Assembly: GCA_964437495.1 (NCBI GenBank)
Contig: CAYTGV010000003.1
Coordinates: 17,910 to 81,909, forward strand
DNA: 64,000 nt
DNA from: an uncultured Planctomycetia bacterium
GTDB lineage: Bacteria > Omnitrophota > Gorgyraeia > B26-G9
Direction of reading: 5' to 3'
The notes beneath the pieces are model-generated. The model saw only the letters and a list, made by a program, of their open reading frames with translations. It had not been told where the DNA came from and did not search any database. A program made the position numbers and the translations under genes. Positions 1-10,217 of the stretch are shown one piece after another (the first letter of the stretch is position 1; every line of letters starts with the position of its first letter).

Positions 1-257
1 TCATGCACCAGAAGAAAGGCATGTAAAAGCTCTATGGCTAATGCGCTGCGGTAGAGGTTTTTGGGGTTTTTAGCAGAGAATCCCTTGTAGCCGATAACGA
101 AAAGTATCGGGCGGACTCTTTTACCTCTGCGCAGTATGAAATGTTTCATGTTATTAAAAAGAAATGCAGATGTATCAGTTAGGGCATAGCGGATGTTTAT
201 ATAGGAAATAAATTTTACAAGCTCTATTTCTAATGTATTTTTTAGTTTCTTAAACAT
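1..257 (-). CDS. Polyprenyl diphosphate synthase, 5' part (runs off the window)
   Basis: Hand translation from ATG 257: MFKKLKN...RGKRVRP...AIELLHAFLLVH(D). Shows the GKRxRP motif and the start of the DDxxD motif. Not in the ORF track. Divergent from menA. Confidence 0.85.
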   Translation of the reverse strand, partial: MFKKLKNTLEIELVKFISYINIRYALTDTSAFLFNNMKHFILRRGKRVRPILFVIGYKGFSAKNPKNLYRSALAIELLHAFLLVH

Positions 258-311
258 GAGAGTATGATATCATATATCTTAACATGGGACAATTAAAAGC
301 ATGGGGTGTTT

Positions 312-1220
312 ATGGAAATTAAGACAGGCCTTTTAAAATGCTGGATAAGGGCATTTCGGCTTCCTTTTATTACCGCGAGTATTATTCCCTTTATCGCAGG
401 CACATTTTTTTTTAAAGGAAGGACTGACTTTCTTTGTTTTTCCCTAGGTCTTGTGTCTGTAATTGCTACACATTTAGGGGCTAATCTTATAAACGATTAT
501 GCGGATTCCAGGTCCGGAGCAGATTGGCACGATAAAAAATTCTATGGCCTGTTCGGAGGATCAAAGCTTATACAGGAAGGTGTGTTGAGAGAGTCAACTT
601 ATCTTAAGGGGGGTGTGATTTGCTTCAGCCTTGCTTTCACTGCAGTGTTTTTTCTTGTGTATATGCTTAAAACATCAGCCGTCATAGGGTATTATCTGTT
701 GATTCTGATTATGGGGATATGTTATTCACAAGGACCTTTGCGGTTTGTTTACCGGTATTTAGGAGAACCTGTTATTTTTGTGCTTTTCGGCCCGGCATTA
801 GTAATGGGAGGATATTTTATCCAAAGCCATATTTTTCCAAGCACAGATGCTTTTGTTCTGTCTCTGTCGTTTGGACTGCTTACAACCGCAATCCTTTTTG
901 CCAATGAAGTGCCTGATTATAAAGTGGATATTCAGGTGAAAAAATTTACCTGGGTTAAGCTAACAGGAGTTAAGCGGGCCTATATGATGTATTATTTGCT
1001 TGTTTTTGCGGGGATTGCGGCTATCGGAGTAAATATTTATCAGGGGGCACTGTCTTTGCTTAGCCTGGCATCTCTGGCCTTGATTCCTTTGATCGTTAAA
1101 GCTGGGATTATTATCAAAACACACTATAATGATAAGCCTAAGCTGGTTGAGGCCTCTAAATTGACTATTTTTGTTCAAACAGTAATCGGATTACTTATAG
1201 CCTTGGATTTAATATTATGA
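312..1220 (+). CDS. menA: UbiA-family prenyltransferase, 1,4-dihydroxy-2-naphthoate octaprenyltransferase
   Basis: NDYAD..GAD and NEVPD..D motifs, multiple TM helices, adjacent to polyprenyl synthase. Confidence 0.8.
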   Translation: MEIKTGLLKCWIRAFRLPFITASIIPFIAGTFFFKGRTDFLCFSLGLVSVIATHLGANLINDYADSRSGADWHDKKFYGLFGGSKLIQEGVLRESTYLKGGVICFSLAFTAVFFLVYMLKTSAVIGYYLLILIMGICYSQGPLRFVYRYLGEPVIFVLFGPALVMGGYFIQSHIFPSTDAFVLSLSFGLLTTAILFANEVPDYKVDIQVKKFTWVKLTGVKRAYMMYYLLVFAGIAAIGVNIYQGALSLLSLASLALIPLIVKAGIIIKTHYNDKPKLVEASKLTIFVQTVIGLLIALDLIL

Positions 1221-2338
1221 AACGTGTTGTTATCATCGGAGGAGGATTTGCCGGACTTTCTGCTGCTGAGTGTCTTAAAAAGTATAAAAAACAGGTTGAG
1301 GTTGTGCTTATTGACAAAAAGAGCCGAACTGATTTTCTGCCATTATTGCCTGATATTTTAAGTGAGCGCATAGATAATAAATTTTTATCTGCTGATCTTA
1401 ATAAGCTTGGAGAAAAGTTGTTATTTGATTTTATTAACAGCCGTGTTAATGGGATAGATCTTGAAAAAAAGAAAATATCATTAATTGATAAAGATCTCTC
1501 GTATGATTATCTTATAATTTCCTCAGGCTCTCAAACTAATTTCTACAATAATATTTCTCTTAGCAAATCCGCGTTTAAGCTTGATGATATCCACGACGCA
1601 AAATTCCTATTGGATTGCCTTGATTGTCAAAAACATAAAAGTTTTATTGTTAGCGGTGGGGGGTATACAGGAATTGAAATAGCAACTAATATCTGGCGTT
1701 ACTTTTTTAAAAAGGATCAAAAGAAACGGATTGTAATAATAGAAAAAGCTTCGATTTTACTTGCGAAACTTCCAGATTGGATGAGAGAATATGTAATGGA
1801 TAATTTGCTTAGCTTAGGGGTGGAAATACGTCTTGATGCTCAGATTGAATCTTATTCACAAGACAGGGTTATTCTTAAGGGAGGAGAATCTTTTGCAAAT
1901 GCTGCGCTTATTTGGACAGCAGGTGTTAAGGTGCAGGATTTTGTCTGGAATTACGGTTTTGTTTGTGATCATCAGGGCCGGGTGATCGTGGATGAGTATT
2001 TGCGATTAAACAGCAATTGCTTTTGCGTTGGTGATACGGCGCATTTTGATCACAAAGGTGCTGCTCTTAGAATGTCTATTCAGTTTTCTATTATGCAGGG
2101 AGCATTGGCTGCGGCAAATATTATGCGTTGTATTACCAATAAACAATTGAAAGAGTATCGTCCTTTTGATCCGGGATATATAATACCTATGGCTAATAAC
2201 AAGGCCTGTGGTAATGTATTTGGTCTAAAGGTGAAAGGGCCTTTTGCGGTTTTATTGCATTATTCTATGTGTATTTTTCGTTCATATTCTTTGTCGAACA
2301 AATTGGGGATCATTAAAAATCTATTAAAAGGCTTTTAA
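1217..2338 (+). CDS. Type II NADH dehydrogenase-like FAD-dependent oxidoreductase
   Basis: GGGFAG, GGGYTGIE, WTAG and GD motifs. Confidence 0.8.
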   Translation: MKRVVIIGGGFAGLSAAECLKKYKKQVEVVLIDKKSRTDFLPLLPDILSERIDNKFLSADLNKLGEKLLFDFINSRVNGIDLEKKKISLIDKDLSYDYLIISSGSQTNFYNNISLSKSAFKLDDIHDAKFLLDCLDCQKHKSFIVSGGGYTGIEIATNIWRYFFKKDQKKRIVIIEKASILLAKLPDWMREYVMDNLLSLGVEIRLDAQIESYSQDRVILKGGESFANAALIWTAGVKVQDFVWNYGFVCDHQGRVIVDEYLRLNSNCFCVGDTAHFDHKGAALRMSIQFSIMQGALAAANIMRCITNKQLKEYRPFDPGYIIPMANNKACGNVFGLKVKGPFAVLLHYSMCIFRSYSLSNKLGIIKNLLKGF

Positions 2339-2463
2339 AAAAGACAAGGTGGCATAGGGGCTTAAATGTCTTGATAAGTATTGTATTTGCTTAGGATTTT
2401 AACTGAAAAACTGGAAGAATTTTTAAATAAAATAAGTAAAATCTCCGGATTTCTAAGGATATC

Positions 2464-2685
2464 GTAAGAAAGTCTGTTGCTTTTATAAATGGTAAGCACA
2501 AAACATTGGAAGGGCTTTAAGTGTAAATTGTATTAGAAAAACTATTTTTACTCATTCTCGATAGCCATCCTTGGCTATCTGCTAGGGAGGGATTGCCTTT
2601 GCTCATCCATGGTAAAAGAAATATTTAAATCCGCAAAAACAGTTTTCCTAGCACAATTGCTTAAAAAAGCAATAGAGTTCTTGAC
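2464..2685. repeat. Nested imperfect inverted repeats with internal hairpin (MITE-like)
   Basis: 2526-2549 pairs with 2635-2658; 2464-2484 pairs with ~2665-2685; hairpin gatagcca-tcct-tggctatc at 2560-2579. Confidence 0.5.
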
Positions 2686-2768
2686 ACTATGTTTCTAAGC
2701 AACCGCTTGCATAATAGCCGGAATAATTATATATAAATTAATGTAAAGATAAAAAATAAGAGGAAACT

Positions 2769-3242
2769 ATGAATGTATCACTGCAAACACCTAATTATTG
2801 TTTTGAAGCAAGGTTTAATCTCTCGTTGGCGGCAAAAGCAATTGTAGACGCATTACCGTATGATGCTAATATTTGTGTGGAAAAGCATGGTCTGTATTTT
2901 GAGACGGATATAAAATCGCCTAGCGGGCAGGCTACTGACCTGGTTAATGTCGGGGACATTGTTTACTCTGTAAATACTGGGAGAATCTGCATCTATTTCA
3001 GCCCGTTAAAGCTTGATCCGGATAATCCTGTTATCCCAATAGGCAGAACTCAGATCGATGTCGTAGCTATCGGGCGCATGAAAATAGGCGACCCTATACA
3101 TATAATGTCAATAATCCAAGATGAAAATAGCCAGAAACCGCAGTCGCCCAAAACAAACTTCCCCAAAAACCGCAAACTTAACCAGACTGAAATTGATGAT
3201 CTAGTTCAACAGCTTTTGAATAAGAAAAAAGAAAACCAATAA
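2769..3242 (+). CDS. Cyclophilin-like fold protein (DUF369/TM1367-like)
   Basis: IVDALP..LYF..VGDIVY..ICIYF pattern. Confidence 0.6.
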   Translation: MNVSLQTPNYCFEARFNLSLAAKAIVDALPYDANICVEKHGLYFETDIKSPSGQATDLVNVGDIVYSVNTGRICIYFSPLKLDPDNPVIPIGRTQIDVVAIGRMKIGDPIHIMSIIQDENSQKPQSPKTNFPKNRKLNQTEIDDLVQQLLNKKKENQ

Positions 3243-3399
3243 GAATTTTTATCTTTTAACCCTCCTTATAATATAAAATATGCTTTTTCATTTCTTATAA
3301 TTAGCTTGAATTCAGCTAAAGATATAGCATATGCCCGCTGCCTAATCCGGGGAAAAGAATGTCTTGGCAATATTATTTGCAGGGATATAAGCATATCTA

Positions 3400-3447
3400 T
3401 TGACAAAATCATTGAATAGGGTAAACTATATAGCAGGATGGCTATAT
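3400..3447 (+). promoter_or_regulatory. Sigma70 promoter plus palindromic ArsR-type operator
   Basis: TTGACA(3400)-16-TAAACT; atatagc-N6-gctatat at 3428-3447. Confidence 0.6.
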
Positions 3448-3464
3448 GAGGGGTTTTGGGAAAA

Positions 3465-3818
3465 ATGGAAAATATATCAATTCTAAAATTGGATAAGATT
3501 GTAAAGGCATCAGCAGATATTAACCGAATGCGCATTCTAAAAATGCTCATGAGTCGGAAGATGTGTGTTTGTGAGATGGCTTTTGTCTTAGGAATCAGCC
3601 AACCTAGTGTTTCGCGGCATCTTAAGAAGTTAAAGATTGCTGGTTTTATAGGGAGTGAGAGCGAGGGCTTGTGGACAAATTATTATCTGCTGCCTAAAAA
3701 TGCTTATGCGAAAAATTTTATCAAAGAATTAAATAAATGGATTGAGCTAGATAAAACTATTGCTTTTGATGCGGAAAAAATCAAGAAGGTGAACAGGGAG
3801 AGTCTTTGCTGTCTCTGA
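3465..3818 (+). CDS. ArsR/SmtB regulator
   Basis: CVCE, SQPSVSRHL, C-terminal CC. Confidence 0.9.
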   Translation: MENISILKLDKIVKASADINRMRILKMLMSRKMCVCEMAFVLGISQPSVSRHLKKLKIAGFIGSESEGLWTNYYLLPKNAYAKNFIKELNKWIELDKTIAFDAEKIKKVNRESLCCL

Positions 3819-3866
3819 TTTTCTTTATTAACATATATAGCTAATTTGTTGTGCAGGTGGATTTAC

Positions 3867-5042
3867 ATGAAAGAGTCTAAAAAATTTTTATTTATGGGGG
3901 CGGTATTTTTAACCTGTTTTTATCTACCGGTTGAATTATTGTCGTTTAGAAATCCAATCTTTGAGGCATTGGCATTGGTGCGCTGGTATGCAAGAGCGCA
4001 TGTTTTATTTTGTCTTGTCCCGGCCTTTTTTATTGCCGGGGCAATATCTGTGTTTGTGTCTCAGGCTTCGGTTATAAAGTATTTCGGGTCAAAGGCGAAT
4101 AAGTTTCTTGCTTATAGTATAGCATCTGTATCCGGTATGATCCTGGCGGTTTGTTCCTGCACGGTTTTACCGCTGTTTTCCGGTATTTATAAAAGAGGCG
4201 CAGGCCTCGGGCCGGCAACAGCATTTTTATATTCAGGACCGGCAATTAATGTGTTAGCAATTATTATGACAGCGCGGATACTTGGCTGGCAGCTTGGTCT
4301 TGCCAGAGCTGTGGGAGCTGTGCTTTTCAGTGTGATTATCGGACTATTAATGCATTTAATATTTATTAAGGAAGAGAGGGTAAGGCAGAGTGAAGGGGAT
4401 CTGGTCGCAGGTGAGGTCCAAGAGCCCAGGACATTAATTCAAAATGGCCTTTACTTTGCGTCAATGGTTGGCTTTCTTGTTTTTGCTAACTGGGCAAAAC
4501 CGCAGCATGGAGACAGCGGCCTATGGGCAGCTATTTTTTCGGCAAAATGGTATATTGCTTTGGGATTTCTATTGATGACGGGAATGATGCTTTTAAGGTG
4601 GTTTAAGAAAAATGAAGTCAGGGAATGGACACAAAGCTCATGGACTTTTGCAAAACAAATAATGCCTTTACTGCTTATGGGAGTTTTGATTGCAGGCCTT
4701 TTGCTTGGCCGTCCTGACCATGAAGGCCTGATCCCCTCATGGATAATTGCCAAGGCTGTGGGCGGCAATTCGTTTTTATCAAATTTTTTTGCGGCAATCG
4801 TGGGAGCGTTTATGTATTTTGCTACACTTACTGAGGTACCTATTTTACAGGGGCTTATCGGCGCGGGCATGGGCAAAGGGCCGGCTCTGGCGCTGCTTTT
4901 AGCAGGTCCGGCATTAAGCCTGCCGAATATGCTGGTTATCCGCGGCATTTTAGGAACAAAGAAAACAATCGTGTATGTAAGCCTGGTTGTTGTCATGGCC
5001 ACAATAAGCGGAATTATATTTGGTGCAATTATGGGAGGTTGA
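3867..5042 (+). CDS. ArsP/DUF318-family permease
   Basis: AVCSCTVLP, GPAIN and MYFATLTEVP motifs. Confidence 0.85.
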   Translation: MKESKKFLFMGAVFLTCFYLPVELLSFRNPIFEALALVRWYARAHVLFCLVPAFFIAGAISVFVSQASVIKYFGSKANKFLAYSIASVSGMILAVCSCTVLPLFSGIYKRGAGLGPATAFLYSGPAINVLAIIMTARILGWQLGLARAVGAVLFSVIIGLLMHLIFIKEERVRQSEGDLVAGEVQEPRTLIQNGLYFASMVGFLVFANWAKPQHGDSGLWAAIFSAKWYIALGFLLMTGMMLLRWFKKNEVREWTQSSWTFAKQIMPLLLMGVLIAGLLLGRPDHEGLIPSWIIAKAVGGNSFLSNFFAAIVGAFMYFATLTEVPILQGLIGAGMGKGPALALLLAGPALSLPNMLVIRGILGTKKTIVYVSLVVVMATISGIIFGAIMGG

Positions 5043-5043
5043 A

Positions 5044-5277
5044 ATGAAAATTGAAATTCTCGGGATAGGATGTCCAAAGTGTAAAATACTCTATGAAAAT
5101 TCTTTGGCGGCTGTTAAAGAATCTGGTATAGATGCAGAGGTTGTTAAAGTTGAAGATATGGATAAGATCACAGGATATGGTGTTATGATCACTCCTGCTT
5201 TGGTTATTGATGGAGAGGTTAAGACCGCAGGGAAAGTATCAGCACCGAGTGAGATAATCCAATGGTTAAAAGTATAA
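5044..5277 (+). CDS. Small redox-active disulfide protein (thioredoxin-like, MTH895 type)
   Basis: GCPKC, TPALVIDG. Confidence 0.85.
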   Translation: MKIEILGIGCPKCKILYENSLAAVKESGIDAEVVKVEDMDKITGYGVMITPALVIDGEVKTAGKVSAPSEIIQWLKV

Positions 5278-5463
5278 TAATTGGACTTTTAAAAAATATC
5301 CAAGAAGAATAACCACTATTATATTTGTAGCAGTAGTGTATTATTTTAGCCGTATGCATATTGCAGAGAGCCTTAAGGCATAAAAAATATTGTTTTTTTT
5401 CGGATTTTTGATTATTTCCTTGTTCAGTAATACTTAAAAATATACAATAAAGTTTAATTATAC

Positions 5464-5492
5464 TTGACAAGACTGATTTTGTGATGTATGCT
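5464..5492 (+). promoter_or_regulatory. Sigma70 promoter
   Basis: TTGACA-17-TATGCT; AGGAGG RBS before ATG 5512. Confidence 0.6.
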
Positions 5493-5511
5493 TGTTTTAG
5501 GAGGTAGAAAC

Positions 5512-6063
5512 ATGAAGATCGTGGGAGTAAATATAAAAAGAAGCAGGGAAAGCAGAGAAATTACTCTAAGAGAGCTGGCTGAGCAGGTAAAGCTTAGCGC
5601 GAGCCTACTGTCTCAAATAGAGACCGGGAAAGTATCTCCTTCTTTGTCGACATTAAAGAAGATATCAGATGCTTTGCAAACAACGGTAGGGGCTTTGGTG
5701 GGAGAGGATAATCAGCCGTCAGATGCGTTGGTTCTTCGTAAAAGCGATAGAAAGGTTCTCAGCCATCTTAGCGAAGGCATAAAAATGTTTATGCTTACTT
5801 ATAAAGATGCTAATAAGCAGATGGAGCCGTTGCTTTTCAGGCTTGATCCAAATGCGTCTTCCGGAAAATCTTTATATAAACATTTTGGCCAGGAATTTAT
5901 CTTAATCATCAAAGGAACCTTGGAGCTTAAGCTTAATGATGTGCGATATGTTTTGAAAAAGGGCGATAGCATGTATTTTAATTCAAATATCCCCCATAAA
6001 TTTAAAAATATTGACAGAGGCATTACCGAAGCCGTGTGGATCGTTACGCCGCCGACTTTTTAA
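5512..6063 (+). CDS. XRE-family HTH + cupin regulator
   Basis: LSQIETGKVSPS HTH; HxGxE...GDS..F...PH cupin. Confidence 0.9.
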   Translation: MKIVGVNIKRSRESREITLRELAEQVKLSASLLSQIETGKVSPSLSTLKKISDALQTTVGALVGEDNQPSDALVLRKSDRKVLSHLSEGIKMFMLTYKDANKQMEPLLFRLDPNASSGKSLYKHFGQEFILIIKGTLELKLNDVRYVLKKGDSMYFNSNIPHKFKNIDRGITEAVWIVTPPTF

Positions 6064-6125
6064 TTTTTTTTGTCGAACTTGTTAACAAATAGTTAAATTT
6101 GTTAAGTATAATAAAATAGGAGGGA

Positions 6126-7346
6126 ATGATGAAGACTTTACTTGGTAGTAGATTGAGTGGACTTAGAAAGGGATTTCGTGCTTTTTCCCGCAAGGTAAGC
6201 GATTTTGAATTAATTCCGCAAAATATTGGGAAGTTTTCCCATATGTTTTCTGAGGAAATGAAGGCGCTGCATTATGATCAGGTGAAAATAGATAAGATCG
6301 GCAATGTCATCGGCCGTGTAAAAGGTTATTCCAATAAAACCCCTATTGTTCTTCTGGCTAATATTGATTATGCTTCTGGTTTGAAAGATGGGGACGCAGG
6401 GAATAAGCGCAATGATATGGCGGCTTTTAAAGCTGGGCTTTTAACCGCAGTTTATACAGGGGCTTTATTAAAGACAACCCTTGTGCCCTTGGACGGCGAT
6501 TTGTATGTCTGCTGTGTTCCCAGAATGGATAACTGCGATTACGGAATTAGGCATCTTTTTGACAATTCTTTGCCTGAGAAAACAAGCCGGATCAAAGGTG
6601 TTATTCTTAGTGAACCGACACGCGGTAATATTCATATAGGACATAAAGGCCGATTTGAATATGAGATAGTAGTGAGGGGAAAGGTGGGGGCACCTATGTT
6701 GCGCAACCGGGGAGTGAATATGCTGGGTGCTATGTTTCCGTTAATAAATGAACTGGAAAAGGCCTCCCGGATTTTGCCGCATAATTCGATTTTAGGGGAT
6801 TCTAATTTAAATATCAAAAACGTTAATATTAATCAAAATTCCGGATTGAAAGACTGCAGTGAGTTTAAGATCGTGATCGACCGCGGTTTTGTCCCGGAGG
6901 AAAATACGCAGGGGATATTGGAAAAAGCAAAAAAGATTGCGCAAAATATCTACAAGGATGAAGCGGATTTAAAAATTAATACACTGCTGAGTAAAGAAAA
7001 AATAAAAACTTATACAGGGGTAGCTATTGTCGCTAAAAAAGAGTATAAGCCCTGGAATATGAACTCGCATGACCCTTTTGTTTTGAATTCACTGGAAGCA
7101 TTAAGACAGCACAGATCAAAGGCTACGCTTGATTATTGGAAAAAGATAGTTACTGACGGCTCTTATACTTTTGCCGAACTAGGCATACCCACTATCGGCT
7201 TTGGGGCCGGATCAGAAGATGATATAGAGGATGTGCAGGGATCAGTTGCCGATAATCATTTAGAAAAGGCAGTGCTTGAAACAGGAATAATTATCCAGCG
7301 TAATATCGGTCTGCCTACTTTTGGATGGAGTTCTGATGAAATATAA
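6126..7346 (+). CDS. M20/YgeY-like metallohydrolase fold with degenerate metal ligands
   Basis: DKIGNVIG, SEPT, GHKGR, TDG, GFGAG present; the HxD and EE ligand motifs are not evident. Confidence 0.65.
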   Translation: MMKTLLGSRLSGLRKGFRAFSRKVSDFELIPQNIGKFSHMFSEEMKALHYDQVKIDKIGNVIGRVKGYSNKTPIVLLANIDYASGLKDGDAGNKRNDMAAFKAGLLTAVYTGALLKTTLVPLDGDLYVCCVPRMDNCDYGIRHLFDNSLPEKTSRIKGVILSEPTRGNIHIGHKGRFEYEIVVRGKVGAPMLRNRGVNMLGAMFPLINELEKASRILPHNSILGDSNLNIKNVNINQNSGLKDCSEFKIVIDRGFVPEENTQGILEKAKKIAQNIYKDEADLKINTLLSKEKIKTYTGVAIVAKKEYKPWNMNSHDPFVLNSLEALRQHRSKATLDYWKKIVTDGSYTFAELGIPTIGFGAGSEDDIEDVQGSVADNHLEKAVLETGIIIQRNIGLPTFGWSSDEI

Positions 7347-8577
7347 GCAGACAGCTGTTTTAGCCTTGAATTGCGGAAGTTCCTCTCTGAAATATAGACT
7401 GGTCTTAATGCCTGATAACCAGGAGCTGATCAGCGGAGAGGTTGAGCGGGTGGGGATAAAAACTCAGAAAAAAGCCCTTATCCGGCATAAACTTTTCGGT
7501 AAAACTCGGAGTATAAAACGGGAAATAGCTGATCACGGACAGGCCTTTGATCATGTGGTAAAACTAATTAAGCAGGATGCTCTTATTAATAAGAAGATCA
7601 GGATCGATATGCTGGCACATAGATATGTCCATCCGGGTAATCTGATCTCTGATACCGCTAAAATAACGCCGCGTCTGATAAATAAATTGTCTAAGACTCT
7701 GGAATTCGCGCCTATTCATAATCCCGTTATCTTCAGGATGATTACTCAATGCATTGGTAATTATCCCCGTATACCACAGTATGTGGTTTTTGACACATCT
7801 TTTCATAAAACCATTCCAGCTTCTTTGGCTACTTATGGGCTGCCGCGGGATTTGACGAGAAAATATCATTTGAAAAAAATGGGTTTTCACGGTATATCCC
7901 ATAAGTATGTAATGCACAAGGCCTGTGAATTTCTTAAAGTCAAAGAAAATACCCGGAAAATAATTAGCTGCCATCTGGGTACCGGAGGAGCAAGTGTTTG
8001 TGCGATCGATAAAGGAAAGTCCATTAATAATTCAATGGGCTTTACTCCTTTAGAGGGTCTTATCATGAATACTCGTTGCGGGGATGTAGATCTGGGACTG
8101 GTGTTTTATGTGATGTTTAAGGAAAATTACTCAGCTCAAATAATCGACAAGACTTTGAATAAGAAAAGCGGTCTTTTCGGACTATTCGGATCGTCATCGG
8201 ATTTAAGAGATATTATTGAAAAAGTGGCGAAAGAGCCAAGGGCAAAAGTTGCTTTTAATATGTATATAAAACGCATTAAAAAATATATAGGCTTTTACAG
8301 CCTACTGCTCAAAAAGGCAGATGTGCTTATATTCACCGATTCAATCGGTGTAGACAGCCTCTTGGTGCGTGAGAAGGTAGTTCAAGGTTTTGAATTTTTT
8401 GGTATGAGAATGGATAAAGATAAAAATGATTCATATTCGTGCGGGATAAAGGATATATCCGGAAAAAATTCACAGACAAAGATACTGGTTATTCCGACAA
8501 ATGAAGAATTGATGATTGCTCGTGAAGCCTATAAGGAGTTTTCCCATGATATTGGTAGTAGACGTAAAGGCAAATAA
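7336..8577 (+). CDS. ackA: Acetate/propionate kinase family
   Basis: LNCGSSSLK, APIHN, FDTSFH, GFHGISH, MGFTPLEG, PTNEE. Confidence 0.85.
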   Translation: MKYKQTAVLALNCGSSSLKYRLVLMPDNQELISGEVERVGIKTQKKALIRHKLFGKTRSIKREIADHGQAFDHVVKLIKQDALINKKIRIDMLAHRYVHPGNLISDTAKITPRLINKLSKTLEFAPIHNPVIFRMITQCIGNYPRIPQYVVFDTSFHKTIPASLATYGLPRDLTRKYHLKKMGFHGISHKYVMHKACEFLKVKENTRKIISCHLGTGGASVCAIDKGKSINNSMGFTPLEGLIMNTRCGDVDLGLVFYVMFKENYSAQIIDKTLNKKSGLFGLFGSSSDLRDIIEKVAKEPRAKVAFNMYIKRIKKYIGFYSLLLKKADVLIFTDSIGVDSLLVREKVVQGFEFFGMRMDKDKNDSYSCGIKDISGKNSQTKILVIPTNEELMIAREAYKEFSHDIGSRRKGK

Positions 8578-9616
8578 AATAAAACTGAGTCTTATTTCCC
8601 CAGGCAATGAAAAGTCTGAGATAGCCCTGGACCTGGACGAATGTATGGGCCGGGGTGTTTTAAAAAAAACTGTGTATGGCTTGGCAAAAAGAAAAAAAAT
8701 TCGTGCCATTGCTTTTAGAACTGTTTTTGGCGGTAAGACCTTTAGCGGACCGGTTAAAGTCAATGCGCGTTTTTTTGATAAATTTATGAATTTAACCCGT
8801 GCCTTTCCTTTTTATGTTCCTAGAATGAAGATGCTAATAGAAGAGTTTTATAACTCATTTACGAAAATACCGCTATTTGTATTTTTTGAAACAGCATTTT
8901 TTTCTAAATTGCCTGTTGAGGAAAAATATTATGCGATTTCTTTTGAATTATCGAAATATTATAATCTTAGCCGTCATGGGTTTCACGGCCTTTACCATGG
9001 TTTTAATGCCGAATTAGCTGGACGCAATGATAAAGTTGTCTCAATTGTTTTTGACAAACAGACTACTGTAGCTGCTTTGAATAAGGGCAGGCCGTATTCA
9101 ATAAGCCTGGGGTATACGCCACTAGAGGGAATCATGAGTAATACGAGCTGCGGGGATTTGGATCCGGGTATAGTTTTTTATCTGATGAAAAGCCATGGCA
9201 TGAGTATTTACAGTATTGATGATACATTAAAGAATGAAAGCGGATTTAAAGGAGTGACCGGGTATGACCTTGATAAGACAAAGCTGATGAGTCTATATGG
9301 CCTGGACAAAAAAGTGGATCTTGCCTTTGAGATATATAAAAATCAAATAATAAAATATATGGGAGAAGCCGTGGCGGTTTTAAAAGGATTAGACAAGATT
9401 ATCATTTCAGGAGAAGAAACTAAAGCGCTTATGCCTTTTATTTTAAAATTATTAAAAGATATATCTTTTTTAGGCGTGAATTTGAAATGCCTGCCTTTTG
9501 CAGATTTCGATCAAAGTATGGAGTTGACTTCAGATAATTCGGATATAGCTGTAAAAATAAATAATAAACCATTGTCTGAAATCATTGTCTTGCACACAAG
9601 AAAACTTCTCAAGTGA
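8546..9616 (+). CDS. Divergent acetate kinase-like paralog
   Basis: GFHG, GYTPLEG and GDLDPG kept; GSSS, HR, PLHN and TNEE lost. Confidence 0.75.
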   Translation: MILVVDVKANKIKLSLISPGNEKSEIALDLDECMGRGVLKKTVYGLAKRKKIRAIAFRTVFGGKTFSGPVKVNARFFDKFMNLTRAFPFYVPRMKMLIEEFYNSFTKIPLFVFFETAFFSKLPVEEKYYAISFELSKYYNLSRHGFHGLYHGFNAELAGRNDKVVSIVFDKQTTVAALNKGRPYSISLGYTPLEGIMSNTSCGDLDPGIVFYLMKSHGMSIYSIDDTLKNESGFKGVTGYDLDKTKLMSLYGLDKKVDLAFEIYKNQIIKYMGEAVAVLKGLDKIIISGEETKALMPFILKLLKDISFLGVNLKCLPFADFDQSMELTSDNSDIAVKINNKPLSEIIVLHTRKLLK

Positions 9617-9741
9617 ATTGCTGAGTTTTTTCGATGCATTCTCTATCTATTCCTGCGTTTATTCCTAAAATTAAGTAGACAGACTCTTAGGAAAACCTGT
9701 ATTATAAATAGGTTGGTAAAAATAGCGGGAGCCGGGAAAAT

Positions 9742-10191
9742 ATGGGAAAAAAAGTCTTATTTAGTCAAATACAAACTCTTCTTCATCAGCAGCATTTTGG
9801 CGTCTTGGCAACGCAGGGGAGTGTTTATCCTTATTGTTCTCTTGTAGGATTTATTGCTACTGAGGACGGCCAAGAGATTTTTTTTGCTACCATGCGAGAT
9901 ACGCACAAATATGCCAACCTTAAAAAAAATCCTCAAGTATCTCTGCTTATTGACAGCCAGACCAACAAAGAAAATGATTTTAAAAATGCAAAGGCTTTAA
10001 CCGTTCTGGGTAGTGTGCAGGAAATCAACAATACATCAGAAGCGGCTGTTTATTTCCCGCTCTATATAAAAAGACATCCGCATTTAGAAAGATTCATTAC
10101 TGATCCCGATTGTGCCTGGATTAAAATAATTGTTTTTAAATATATACTTGTAAATAATTTCCAAGATGTTTTAGAATATTCAGTGAAGTGA
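9742..10191 (+). CDS. Pyridoxamine 5'-phosphate oxidase-like (split barrel) protein
   Basis: VLAT..PY.SLV; K..NL..NP.VSLL. Confidence 0.8.
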   Translation: MGKKVLFSQIQTLLHQQHFGVLATQGSVYPYCSLVGFIATEDGQEIFFATMRDTHKYANLKKNPQVSLLIDSQTNKENDFKNAKALTVLGSVQEINNTSEAAVYFPLYIKRHPHLERFITDPDCAWIKIIVFKYILVNNFQDVLEYSVK

Positions 10192-10217
10192 TAAACTAAT
10201 CTAAAAAGGAGGGGGAG

